From an uncultured Brachyspira sp. (lineage in GTDB: Bacteria > Spirochaetota > Brachyspiria > Brachyspirales > Brachyspiraceae), in assembly GCF_944388875.1 (NCBI RefSeq), contig NZ_CALXKQ010000011.1, positions 13,073 through 77,072 of the forward strand: a stretch of 64,000 nt of DNA. The letters are read 5' to 3'. The first letter of the stretch is position 1, and each line of letters begins with the position of its first letter. Made by a program: the position numbers and the translations under genes. The notes below the pieces were generated by a model, which did no database searches, was not told where the DNA came from, and saw only the letters and a list, made by a program, of their open reading frames with translations. Positions 28,364 through 38,406 of the stretch are shown here, in pieces.

Positions 28364-30523
28364 ATGATTTTAAATCTAAATAAATTTGGAAAGTTTAAAA
28401 ATAAATCATTTGAAATATCAGACGGACTTACATTATTCTACGGAGAAAATGAGTCTGGAAAAACTACAATATTTGATTCTCTAATGCTTCTTCTCTCAGA
28501 GAATAAAAAAACTTCATCATTTGCCAAACAAATAAAATCAAGATACGGTGATGATATAGATATTTATCTTGAACCAGAAATAGAACCTTCAAAAAAAATG
28601 CATCCTCAGTCATACAATAATCTATATGCTATAAGGCAAAGCGAAATAATATTTGAAATGTCAGACAGCAAAAAAGATTCTAAAGATTGGGAAAGTGAAA
28701 TTAAGAAGAAATTATTTTCTTCGGATATTGATATAGGAAAAATAATATCCGAAATAAAATCCGAATACTCAGGAAAATCTCAAAACTCAATACCTTCTAT
28801 ATTAAAAAATCTTAAATACAGAAAAGAAGAAATCAAAGATGAATTAAATGAATTATATTCAAAAGCAAATACAGAAGTTAATAAGAAGGATAATTTAAAA
28901 GAACTGAATGAAGAATACAATAAAAATGATATTCTAATAAAAGAAAAAATAGCAGAGTATACAAAATTAAGCGAAACTATAAATTCACAGAAAAATTCAG
29001 AATTAAAAAATGTAAAACTAGAACTAATAAAGTTAATAACTGACTTCAATAAAAAAGATAAATTCTTAAGCGAAAACATATACTTAAAAGAAGATCATTC
29101 TCCTAAAATAAATGATATAACTAAAAAAATAGAAGATTCCCAAAATAATATATCATATATTAATGGAAAAATAGAAGCTCTAAAAAAATCAGAAGAGGAA
29201 AAGAATAATACTGATTATGAAAGCAGAAAAATCAGAATAGACAGGGCAATAAAAAAAATAGATGATTTAATTAAAAAAAATTATAAAATACCAAAAGCAG
29301 TTTTTTTAGGTATTATTGTTATTATAGCATCATTTCTTAGTTTTTATTTTAAAAATCCGTATTGGTTTTTAATAATACTGCCTTCTATACCATTTATGTT
29401 TATAAAAGATTCAAATAATGATAAAACTATAAATGATATATTATATGCTTTGCCTGAACTTAATATAGACAATTACAATTTAGATATTTCATCGCTTAAA
29501 GATATTCTAACAAAAGAATTGGTAAAAATAGAATTGATACTTTCAAAAAATGATGATGAAGAATTAAACAATTATATAAAAGAACTTGAAGATAATATGC
29601 AGAAATTAGAAATATATAATAAAGAATTATCTAATTTTTTTAGAAAGATTAATGTAAGGGATAAAGAAAATTATTATGAAATAAAAAGCGATTATGATTC
29701 TGTTTATAAGAGTACAGAAGAATTATTTTCAAAACTAATGACAGAAGCAAAAAAATTAGGATTTAAAGATATAGCCACATTAGAGGCTGATTGTTTTAGA
29801 GTTTTAAAAGAACTTGATGATAAGGGAATAAATCCAGAAACTTTTAATGAAATGGAATTAAGAAACCTTGAAAACAGATTAAAAGAACTTGAGAAAGAAA
29901 TAAAATATATAGAAAACAACATGAATAAAATACTATCCAATATGTCCTATATCAAAGGAGAACTCAGCAGTGCAGATGATGTTCACAGCAATATAATAGA
30001 ACTTGAAAGCGAATTAAAGAAGAATGATGAAGAAATAAAGGAATTAAACAAAAAAAGGAGTGCTTTAGAATTATTAGAAAATATGCTCTCTAAAATAAAT
30101 AAAAAAAATGATGACATATTTGATTCATTATCTAATGAAGCTAAAGTTTTATACAATCATATAACAGGAAAAGATTTATCAGATGATGGAATTATTATGT
30201 CTGGATTTGATAAGAATAAAATCATGGTGAAAGATAAGCAGAATGAAAGCAGAAATGTTGAGCTTCTTTCTTCAGCTACTAAAGATGCTGTTTATATATC
30301 TATGCGTCTTTCTATATTAACTAAAATACATGAGGCTGGAAGATTAATATTATTGGATGATCCTTTTATAACATTTGATAATAACAGAACTAAAGAAGCA
30401 TTATCATTTATAAGGGAATATTCAAAAAAATATAAAATACCTGTGGCAATATTCACAAAAGATATTTTCATAAGAGATACAATGCGTGAATATGAAGAGG
30501 CTGTAATACATGAATTATCTTAA
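28364..30523 (+). CDS. Rad50/SbcC-like coiled-coil ATPase (YhaN-like) with central TM hairpin
   Basis: Walker A GENESGKTT; signature LSSATKD; Walker B ILLDDPF; long coiled coils with a hydrophobic central segment. Confidence 0.85.
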   Translation: MILNLNKFGKFKNKSFEISDGLTLFYGENESGKTTIFDSLMLLLSENKKTSSFAKQIKSRYGDDIDIYLEPEIEPSKKMHPQSYNNLYAIRQSEIIFEMSDSKKDSKDWESEIKKKLFSSDIDIGKIISEIKSEYSGKSQNSIPSILKNLKYRKEEIKDELNELYSKANTEVNKKDNLKELNEEYNKNDILIKEKIAEYTKLSETINSQKNSELKNVKLELIKLITDFNKKDKFLSENIYLKEDHSPKINDITKKIEDSQNNISYINGKIEALKKSEEEKNNTDYESRKIRIDRAIKKIDDLIKKNYKIPKAVFLGIIVIIASFLSFYFKNPYWFLIILPSIPFMFIKDSNNDKTINDILYALPELNIDNYNLDISSLKDILTKELVKIELILSKNDDEELNNYIKELEDNMQKLEIYNKELSNFFRKINVRDKENYYEIKSDYDSVYKSTEELFSKLMTEAKKLGFKDIATLEADCFRVLKELDDKGINPETFNEMELRNLENRLKELEKEIKYIENNMNKILSNMSYIKGELSSADDVHSNIIELESELKKNDEEIKELNKKRSALELLENMLSKINKKNDDIFDSLSNEAKVLYNHITGKDLSDDGIIMSGFDKNKIMVKDKQNESRNVELLSSATKDAVYISMRLSILTKIHEAGRLILLDDPFITFDNNRTKEALSFIREYSKKYKIPVAIFTKDIFIRDTMREYEEAVIHELS

Positions 30524-30705
30524 ACAAAAAGCACTAAGAAAATTAGCTGTATAATTTCAGATATAAAGCAAGATTTTACTGAAAGGCTTATCTGCTGCCA
30601 GAATATCAATATAATTATTCTCTAGGGTAGAAAAATTATATAACATATATTATACTATATATAGCTATATTAAAGTTATGTAAACTATCACTTAGGACTA
30701 AATTC

Positions 30706-33056
30706 ATGAAAAAATACAAACCAGCAACAAAAGAAGAACTCAAAAAATTAGTATTTACTGACGGCATAAAACTTGATTGTGTAGATACTAGTCTTATAAC
30801 GGATATGAGCAAGCTTTTTCATGAAAGTAAAAGGAAAGATTTTGAAGGCATAGAAGATTGGGATGTTTCTAATGTTGAGGATATGTCTTATATGTTTGCA
30901 TATATGGACTTTAATTTTATTTTAGAATTGTCAAGAATAGATTTTAATCCCAATTTAAATAATTGGAATGTATCTAAAGTTAAAAATATGAGTAATATGT
31001 TTGCCTATTGTTCTAATTTTAATCAGCCTTTAAATAATTGGAATATATCTAAAGTTGAAGATTTATCGAATATGTTTAGTTATTCTCATATTTTTAATCA
31101 GCCTCTTAATGATTGGGATGTTTCTAATGTGAAAGACATGAGAGGTATGTTTAAGTTGGCAGAAAGTTTTAATCAGCCTTTGGATAAATGGGATACTTCT
31201 AATGTTGAAAATATGCATGAGATGTTTGTACAATGCAAAGCTTTTAATCAGACTTTAAATAGTTGGAATGTATCTAATGTGAAAAATATGGAAGCTATGT
31301 TTTGTGATACTGTTTCATTTAATAAGCCGCTTGATAAATGGGATACAAAAAACTTAAAAAAATTGACTCAATGTTTAAATATGTTAAAAGCTATAATTGT
31401 TATTACTCATTGGCAAATTGGGATTTAAATAAAATATTAAATATGAGTGATTTATGCGATGATAAAGAAAAATTGCCTTTAAGAATTAGAGCATATCTTC
31501 AGGCATTTTATGGTTCTTATCAAAATTATTTAACTATCACAAAAGATAATGTCAAAGAAGTATATTATTCAATATCAAAAGATACAAATAAAAAAATTGT
31601 AGTATTAAGAAAAAGACTTGAAAGTGATTTTTCTTCAGAACTTTCATCTGTTACTGATGATTATAATTTCAAAACTATAGAAGAAGCAGAAAAGTATCTT
31701 GAAGATAATTATAATAAAAAAGATGATAAAAAAGTAATCTTTATAAATAATAATAATTATAAGGTTTTAATAAAAGATAAATCAAGAGAAGTTAATATTA
31801 ATGTTATAAAGCATATATACTTGGAATATTTGTCTCTTAAAAGAGATGTGAAAAGATTAGTAAAAATTGATAATATGGTTAATTTGCTTGATAAAGAATC
31901 ATTTATAGAGTTTATTAAAAATATTTATGATGAAACTAATAAAGAAGCAGCCGCTTTTATTTATATAATATATGGAGGAGATGAGGCTTTAAAAAATATA
32001 TATAAAAAAGCACATGATACAAAACTTTTACTTATAACAATTAAATTAAATAATCAAAGTAAATATGCACTTAAATTATTATATAAAATATTTATGACTA
32101 CGAAAAAAACAGAAGTTAGAATCGAAGCAGAAAAAATAATTAATGAATTGCTTGAAGAAATGAATATTGATTATACGGAATTTAGATTAAGATATGCTCC
32201 TGATTTCGGATTTAATTCTGAAGGTGAAAAAGCATTGAATAAAAATTATAAATTAATTTTGAATAGTGATTATTCTTTGAGCTTGTTTGATATAAAAAAT
32301 AATAAAGAATTAAAAAAGATTCCTCGAAGCTTTGATGAAAATTTAAAAAAAGAAATAATAAAATTAAGAAAAGAAATAAAAAAGTTTATTAAAAAGAATT
32401 CTAATCTTTTAGCTATTACATTAATAAACGGCAATAAATACAGTTATGATATATTTAAATATATTTTTATTGATAATGTTATGATGAATAGATTTGCTTT
32501 ATCTTTAATATGGAATCTATATGACAAAGATAATACGTTTATAACAACTTTCAGATATTCAGGCGATGGAAGTTATTCAAACTGTGAAGATGAAGAAATA
32601 AAAATTTATGATAATAGTTTTGTCAGTTTAGCAAGTCCCGTAGAAATGGATGATAACACTATAAAGAAATGGAGAAAACAGCTTGAAGATTATGAAATAG
32701 CACAGCCAATAAATCAATTAACAGTTATAAAATTGGATAAAAACAATTTGGAAAAAGAAATAAAAAAAATAAAAAATATAAAGGCAACTTATAGTGCTTT
32801 TAAGTATTTTAGTAAAAAATATGAAATGAATATTAGTAATGTAATCGGATACGATGGTATTGTAACATATGCCTTTACATCAAATGACGGAGATATTTTT
32901 ACTATGACTTCAAAAATTCAAGGAGAATATGATGAGCAAATAAAGATTACCATTGATTTTAAAAAGAGTGAAAACAAAAAAGAGATATGTAAAAGATTTG
33001 TTTATACTTTATTAGTATTAATGATCTGGGATTTTAGATTGACAGATTTATTTTAA
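30706..33056 (+). pseudogene. DUF285-repeat + DUF4132 fusion gene split by a single -1 frameshift (ORFs 30706-31428 and 31338-33056)
   Basis: Joined product is colinear with the intact paralog at 33205-35793; one extra A in the A7 run at 31356-31362 restores WDTKNLKKIDSMFKY. Confidence 0.85.
30850..31380 (+). repeat. Seven ~25-aa DUF285 (BspA-like/PARCEL) coding repeats
   Basis: W[DN][VIT]S[NK]V..M..MF....FNQPL unit repeated; DNA units such as tttaatcagcct...tgggat..ttctaatgt. Confidence 0.85.
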
Positions 33057-33117
33057 TATAAAGACTATACTTTTATTAAAATATATGCTGTATGTAAAAA
33101 ATAATATATAATTAATT

Positions 33118-33146
33118 TTGACAAATAGTATTTAATTTAGTATAGT
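33118..33146 (+). promoter_or_regulatory. sigma70 promoter for the second DUF285-DUF4132 gene
   Basis: TTGACA, 17 nt, TATAGT. Confidence 0.6.
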
Positions 33147-33204
33147 ATAATACCATATATACATGTATTAGAATTATTTAAACTTATTATTAGGATATAA
33201 GATT

Positions 33205-35793
33205 ATGAAAAAATATAAGCCAAAAACAAAAACGGAATTAAAAAAACTAGTATTTACTGACGGTATAAAACTTTATGATGTTGATACAAGTCTTATTACA
33301 GATATGAGCAAACTTTTTTATGAAAGTAAAAGAAAAGATTTTGAAGGAATAGAAGGTTGGGAAACTTCTAATGTTACAAATATGGATATGATGTTTGCCT
33401 ATATGGGCTATAATGCGTTGGTAAGATATTCAAATATAGATTTTAATCCTGATTTAAGCAGTTGGAATGTATCTAAAGTAAAAAGTATGAATAATATGTT
33501 TACTCATTGTTCTAATTTTAATCAGCCTCTTGATAAATGGGACGTTTCTAATGTTGAAGATATGTCATTTATATTTTATGGTGCAAATGAGTTTAATCAG
33601 CCTTTAAATAACTGGAATGTATCAAAAGTTAAAAATATGCGAGGCATGTTTCAGGAATGTGAAAACTTTAATCAGCCTTTGAATAAATGGGACACTTCTA
33701 ATGTTGAAGATATGTCTAATATGTTTACTCGTGCAAAAGTTTTTAATAAGCCTTTAAATAAATGGAATACTTCTAAAGTTAAAGATTTATCAAGTATGTT
33801 TGCATATTGTGATGTTTTTAATCAGAATCTTAATGATTGGGATGTTTCTAATGTTACAAATATGGATTCTTTGTTTAGGCAATGCGAAAAATTAAATCAG
33901 CCTTTTGATAAATGGGACACTTCTAATGTTGTAAACATGGAAAAGACATTTTTCTCATGCATGAAATTTAATCAGCCTTTAAATAGTTGGAATGTATCTA
34001 ATGTAGAAAATATGGATATGATGTTTTATATGGCTCAAAGTTTTAATCAGCCTCTTGATAAATGGGATACACAAAAACTAATCACTGCTGCAGGACTATT
34101 TAGATTTGCTTATAAATATGATTGTTATGAATCTTTAGAAAATTGGAATTTAGATAATTTAGAAGAAGTTGGTACTTTTTGCGATGATGAAGATAAGTTA
34201 CATACAAGACTTAAAGTATATATGCAAGCCTTTTATCCTAAAGAAGATTATATAACTATAACAAAATTTAATGTTAAAGAAATATATAATCTTATTGCAA
34301 AAGATAAAAATAAAAGAATTGTAAGATTAAGAAAAAGAATTGAAAGTGATTTCTCATCAGAGCTTTCATTTGTTACAAAAGATTATAATTTCAAAACTAT
34401 AGAAAAAGTAGAAAAGTACGCTCAAAAAAAATATAATCCCAAAAAAGAAGATAAAAAACTTGATTTTATAAAGGATTGTCATGTTCTAATAAAAGATAAA
34501 TCAAGAGAAGTAGATATTACAGTGATAAAGTATATATATTCAGAGTATTTATCTTTGAAAAGAACAATTAACAGATTAGAAAAAATTGATAATATAGTTA
34601 ATTTGCTTGATTTTGAATCATTTTTAAAGTTCATTAGAGAAATTTATTTAGAAAATCAAAACACAGAGATTGCAGGTTTTATTTATGCTATGTACGGAGG
34701 AGATGAAGCTTTAAAAGAGATATCTGAATTGATATTATTAGGTATTGATTCAAAAGTTTTCCTTATAATGATAAAATTCAATATAGAAAGCAGATATGCT
34801 CAGAGTTTATTATATGAAATATATTCAGATACAAAGAAAACCGAAGTTCGCAAAGAAGCTGGAAAAATGATTAATGAATTACTTGAAAAAATGAATATAG
34901 GTTATACTGAATTTCGATTAAGATGTACACCTAATTACGGATTTAATTCTCAAGGTGAAAAAATATTAAACGATGATTATAAATTAATTGTTAATAATGA
35001 TTATACTTTGAGCTTTTTTAATATAAAAGATAATAAAGAATTAAAAAAGATTCCTCAAAACTTTGATGAAAAACTAAAAGAAGAAGTAAAAGAATTAAAA
35101 AAAGAAATACCAAAGTTTATTAATCATAGTGCTAGTATTTTAAGTATTACATTAATAGATGGTAATATATACAGCTATGATTTGTTTAAAGAAGTTTTTA
35201 TTGATAATTATTTAATGAATAGATTTGCATCTTCTTTAATATGGAACTTGTATGACAAAGATAAAAACTTCATAACAACTTTTAGATATTCAAATGATGG
35301 AAGCTATTCAAATTCTGATGATGAAGAAGTAAAAATTAATTCTGACAATTTTATAAGTTTGGCAACCCCCGAAGAAATGGATAATAAAACCATAGATAAA
35401 TGGAGAAAACATCTTGAGAATTATGAATTAGTACAGCCAATAAATCAATTAACACTTGTAAAATTAGATAAAAAGAATTTGAAAAAAGAAATAAAAAAGA
35501 TAAAAAATATAGAGGCAAGTTACGGAGCTTTTAAGGCTTTTGCTAAAAGATATGATATGTATACAAATGATGCATTAGGATATAATGATACTATAACATA
35601 TACATTTCCTGCAAATGACGGAGATATTTTCACAATGTCTGCAAAAGTGGATGCCGATATAGAATATGATGAGCCAGTAGATATAAATATTGATTTTAAA
35701 AAGAGTGAAAATAAAAAAGAAATCAGTAAAAGATTCGTTTATACTTTTTTGGTATTTATAATTTGTGATTTTAGATTGACAGATAATTTCTAA
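33205..35793 (+). CDS. DUF285 (BspA-like) repeat protein with C-terminal DUF4132 domain
   Basis: Ten W.vSnV..M..MF repeats; C-terminal PNYGFNSQG...SLIW...FRYSNDG...WRKHLENYELVQPINQL matches the DUF4132 pattern; no signal peptide. Confidence 0.85.
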   Translation: MKKYKPKTKTELKKLVFTDGIKLYDVDTSLITDMSKLFYESKRKDFEGIEGWETSNVTNMDMMFAYMGYNALVRYSNIDFNPDLSSWNVSKVKSMNNMFTHCSNFNQPLDKWDVSNVEDMSFIFYGANEFNQPLNNWNVSKVKNMRGMFQECENFNQPLNKWDTSNVEDMSNMFTRAKVFNKPLNKWNTSKVKDLSSMFAYCDVFNQNLNDWDVSNVTNMDSLFRQCEKLNQPFDKWDTSNVVNMEKTFFSCMKFNQPLNSWNVSNVENMDMMFYMAQSFNQPLDKWDTQKLITAAGLFRFAYKYDCYESLENWNLDNLEEVGTFCDDEDKLHTRLKVYMQAFYPKEDYITITKFNVKEIYNLIAKDKNKRIVRLRKRIESDFSSELSFVTKDYNFKTIEKVEKYAQKKYNPKKEDKKLDFIKDCHVLIKDKSREVDITVIKYIYSEYLSLKRTINRLEKIDNIVNLLDFESFLKFIREIYLENQNTEIAGFIYAMYGGDEALKEISELILLGIDSKVFLIMIKFNIESRYAQSLLYEIYSDTKKTEVRKEAGKMINELLEKMNIGYTEFRLRCTPNYGFNSQGEKILNDDYKLIVNNDYTLSFFNIKDNKELKKIPQNFDEKLKEEVKELKKEIPKFINHSASILSITLIDGNIYSYDLFKEVFIDNYLMNRFASSLIWNLYDKDKNFITTFRYSNDGSYSNSDDEEVKINSDNFISLATPEEMDNKTIDKWRKHLENYELVQPINQLTLVKLDKKNLKKEIKKIKNIEASYGAFKAFAKRYDMYTNDALGYNDTITYTFPANDGDIFTMSAKVDADIEYDEPVDINIDFKKSENKKEISKRFVYTFLVFIICDFRLTDNF
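33350..34110 (+). repeat. Ten ~25-aa DUF285 coding repeats
   Basis: Repeated FNQPL[DN]KW[DN][VT]S[NK]V units at ~75-nt period. Confidence 0.85.
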
Positions 35794-35814
35794 AATTAAA
35801 TAAAAAATAAAAAA

Positions 35815-35850
35815 CATTTGCACATATAATAATTATTGTGCAAATGCTTT
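35815..35850. terminator. Bidirectional intrinsic terminator
   Basis: CATTTGCACA-loop-TGTGCAAATG followed by a T run; between convergent genes. Confidence 0.8.
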
Positions 35851-35867
35851 TAAATATATATATAATC

Positions 35868-37121
35868 TTATTTAATTTTAGCTATAAATATATCTTCTAT
35901 TTTTTCAACTTTTTCTATAGCTTCAACTATAGAATTTATGCTTGAACCTTTAAGTATGAACATGAAGTTTCCATTTCTTTCAACGCTTTTTTCAATATTA
36001 ATATCATAAAAAGCCTCGTTAAAAGCAAGTAAATCATTATTTTTAGATTTAAACCTTACATAGAAAGTTTCATTCTTATCTTTAAAATCTTTTAATTTAA
36101 GATTTTTATTTTCATTAACAAAACCAAGTATAGGAACTCTAAGCTCATCAGTTATCAAAGTATTTCTAGCTAATGTAACAGCATCAGAAACTATTGCACT
36201 GCTTGTAGGTCTTCCTCCTGCACCAGAACCATAGAATACTGTATCACCAGAACGATCTCCTACAACAGTTATAGCATTAAAAGCATAATCAACCCTAGAA
36301 AGCATATTATTTCCATTAAGCATTGTAGGTATAACATATATATAAGCATTGTCATTATCATCCAAAACAGCTTCAGCTATTAATTTAATAGTGAGATCAA
36401 GCTCTGATGCAAATACAATATCATCTAATATAATGTTTCTTATTCCTCTGATAAATATTTTATCAAAACTTATAACATTACAAAAAGCAATAGAAGAAAG
36501 TATGCAAAGTTTATGAGCCGTATCTATTCCATCAATATCAAATGTAGGATCAGCCTCAGCATATCCTTTTTCCTGAGCATCCTTAAGCACAACATCAAAA
36601 TCCAAATTATTTTTAGTCATGTTTGTTAGAATATAATTACAAGTACCATTTAATATACCATAAACGCCTTCCATTCTATCTGAAACTAAACTTTCCTTCA
36701 TAGCCTTTATTATAGGAATAGCACCGGCAACAGAAGCCTCAAATGCTATATCTGATTTTCTGTTCTTTATAAGTTCTCCGAAACAATTAGCAAGCAATGC
36801 CTTATTAGCTGTAACAACTGGTTTTTTTGTTTTCATTAATAATTCTTTAGCTGTATCCATTCCGCCCAAAACTTCTATAACTATATCAATCTCATCATCA
36901 TTCAATATATCATTTAAATCTTTAGTTTTTATTTGAACTTGATCCAAAAATTTATCATTTTGCACCTTATCAATATTTCTGCTAAAAATGGTTTTAATGG
37001 TTAATTTTATTCCTGTTCTGTTTTCCATAATAGAATTGTTTTCAATAATAGTTTTCACTGTATCCTTACCAACATGCCCATATCCTGCTATTGCGACTTT
37101 AAATTCTTTTTTCTTGTCCAT
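35868..37121 (-). CDS. hom: Homoserine dehydrogenase
   Basis: AIAGYGHVG, VVTANKALLA, FEASVAGAIPII, GILNGTCNYIL, GYAEADPTFDIDG; AAGGAG RBS before the ATG at 37121 (ORF-track start 37196 is too long). Confidence 0.95.
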   Translation of the reverse strand: MDKKKEFKVAIAGYGHVGKDTVKTIIENNSIMENRTGIKLTIKTIFSRNIDKVQNDKFLDQVQIKTKDLNDILNDDEIDIVIEVLGGMDTAKELLMKTKKPVVTANKALLANCFGELIKNRKSDIAFEASVAGAIPIIKAMKESLVSDRMEGVYGILNGTCNYILTNMTKNNLDFDVVLKDAQEKGYAEADPTFDIDGIDTAHKLCILSSIAFCNVISFDKIFIRGIRNIILDDIVFASELDLTIKLIAEAVLDDNDNAYIYVIPTMLNGNNMLSRVDYAFNAITVVGDRSGDTVFYGSGAGGRPTSSAIVSDAVTLARNTLITDELRVPILGFVNENKNLKLKDFKDKNETFYVRFKSKNNDLLAFNEAFYDINIEKSVERNGNFMFILKGSSINSIVEAIEKVEKIEDIFIAKIK

Positions 37122-37337
37122 TTTTAACTCCTTAAAAATAAAATTAACCTTAAAAATTATTACAAAATTTAGTAATATTAAATCATATTTTAACATTTAT
37201 TAAAAAATTTTACAAGATAAATAATTTTTTAATAACGAATGAATAAATCACTTTATACAGATAAAAAATCACATTATCAAACAAGTGAAACGTTAATATA
37301 TAGTAAAATAACAACAAATAAATATAAATAATAGATA

Positions 37338-37366
37338 TTGATTTCATTATTCATTTATGTTATAAT
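37338..37366 (+). promoter_or_regulatory. sigma70 promoter (extended -10) for ferredoxin
   Basis: TTGATT, 17 nt ending TGT, TATAAT. Confidence 0.7.
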
Positions 37367-37399
37367 ACTCTTACAGTTTAATTTTTATGGAGGTCAATT

Positions 37400-37567
37400 A
37401 TGCCACGTGTTATAAATAACGATTGTGTAGCTTGCGGATCATGTCTTCCTGAGTGTGCATTCGATGCTATTAGCGAAGGAGATATCTATGTGATTGATCC
37501 AGAAAAATGCACTGATTGTGCTGCTTGTGAAGCTGTTTGTCCAAGCAATGCTATACATCAAGCTTAA
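37400..37567 (+). CDS. fdx: 2[4Fe-4S] clostridial-type ferredoxin, 55 aa (below ORF-track cutoff)
   Basis: MPRVINNDCVACGSCLPECAFDAISEGDIYVIDPEKCTDCAACEAVCPSNAIHQA*; two CxxCxxCxxxC motifs; GGAGG RBS. Confidence 0.95.
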   Translation: MPRVINNDCVACGSCLPECAFDAISEGDIYVIDPEKCTDCAACEAVCPSNAIHQA

Positions 37568-37587
37568 TTGCTGCTGATGGCATAGCG

Positions 37588-37620
37588 GGGCGGGTTTTTA
37601 CCTGCCCTTTTTATTTTTTA
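37588..37620 (+). terminator. Intrinsic terminator after ferredoxin
   Basis: GGGCGGG-tttta-CCTGCCC followed by a T run. Confidence 0.8.
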
Positions 37621-37635
37621 TTTTAAGGAAATATA

Positions 37636-38406
37636 TTGCAGGCTTTTATACTTTCATACAATCAATATAAAACCTCTTCAATAATAGCATCTTTTTTAAC
37701 AAATAATTCAATACTTCAGGCTGTATGCTATAAAGCAAAAAAAGACTCTAAAGCATTCGGCTCTGATTTAGAGAGCATATCAAAATTAAACATAACAATT
37801 TATGATAAAAAACCGCCTCAATTATCTATATTAAAAGAATCTTCAATTATAAAAAATTATACTCTATTAGAAAAATCAATATATTCCTCTTTAGCAGTAT
37901 TTTATATAAGAGAAATAATGCTTTACTTTGCTAAAGATTTTGACAGCAGATATTTTATTTTAATGGAAAAAATTTTAGATGCATTAGAAGTTTTAGAAGA
38001 AAATTTTAATGATAGTGAAGAAAATAAAAAAAAACATATAGATATATTAATAACAGCATTTGAAATGAAAATACTTTATATAGCTGGTATATCGCCTCAT
38101 TTGGATAAATGCGTATTATGTGAAGATGAGAGTGCTTTATTCTACTCTATAAATGAAGGCGGATTAATTTGCAGTAAATGCAAAACTATGATTAGAGATT
38201 CTATAAATATAACAGAGAATGATAAAAATTTTATGAGAATAATAAAACATACTTCATTAATGGATATAGTCAATAACAAAGATATTATAAATATATACGA
38301 TAGTTCAAAAGATAATGTTAAAGATATAATGAATAAATCATTGTTCAATCATATTAACAGAAAAATAAAAAGCAAAAAAGTATTAGAAGAAATTTTATTT
38401 AGTTAA
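37636..38406 (+). CDS. recO: DNA repair protein RecO
   Basis: N-terminal OB fold (YKTSSIIASFLT), AFEMKILYIAGISP.LDKCVLC...GGLICSKC zinc motif. Confidence 0.88.
   Translation: MQAFILSYNQYKTSSIIASFLTNNSILQAVCYKAKKDSKAFGSDLESISKLNITIYDKKPPQLSILKESSIIKNYTLLEKSIYSSLAVFYIREIMLYFAKDFDSRYFILMEKILDALEVLEENFNDSEENKKKHIDILITAFEMKILYIAGISPHLDKCVLCEDESALFYSINEGGLICSKCKTMIRDSINITENDKNFMRIIKHTSLMDIVNNKDIINIYDSSKDNVKDIMNKSLFNHINRKIKSKKVLEEILFS

Noticed and set aside
30850-34110. Periodic ~75-nt repeats that could suggest a CRISPR array
   Set aside because: Repeats are in-frame coding units of DUF285 with codon-level divergence; no constant repeat/unique spacer pattern and no cas genes
37122-37196. Long N-terminal extension of hom in the ORF track
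   Set aside because: AAGGAG RBS supports the ATG at 37121; the extension is AT-rich intergenic sequence
38395-38406. Overlap of convergent recO and HAD 3' ends
   Set aside because: 12-nt stop-codon overlap is common in compact genomes; no further signal
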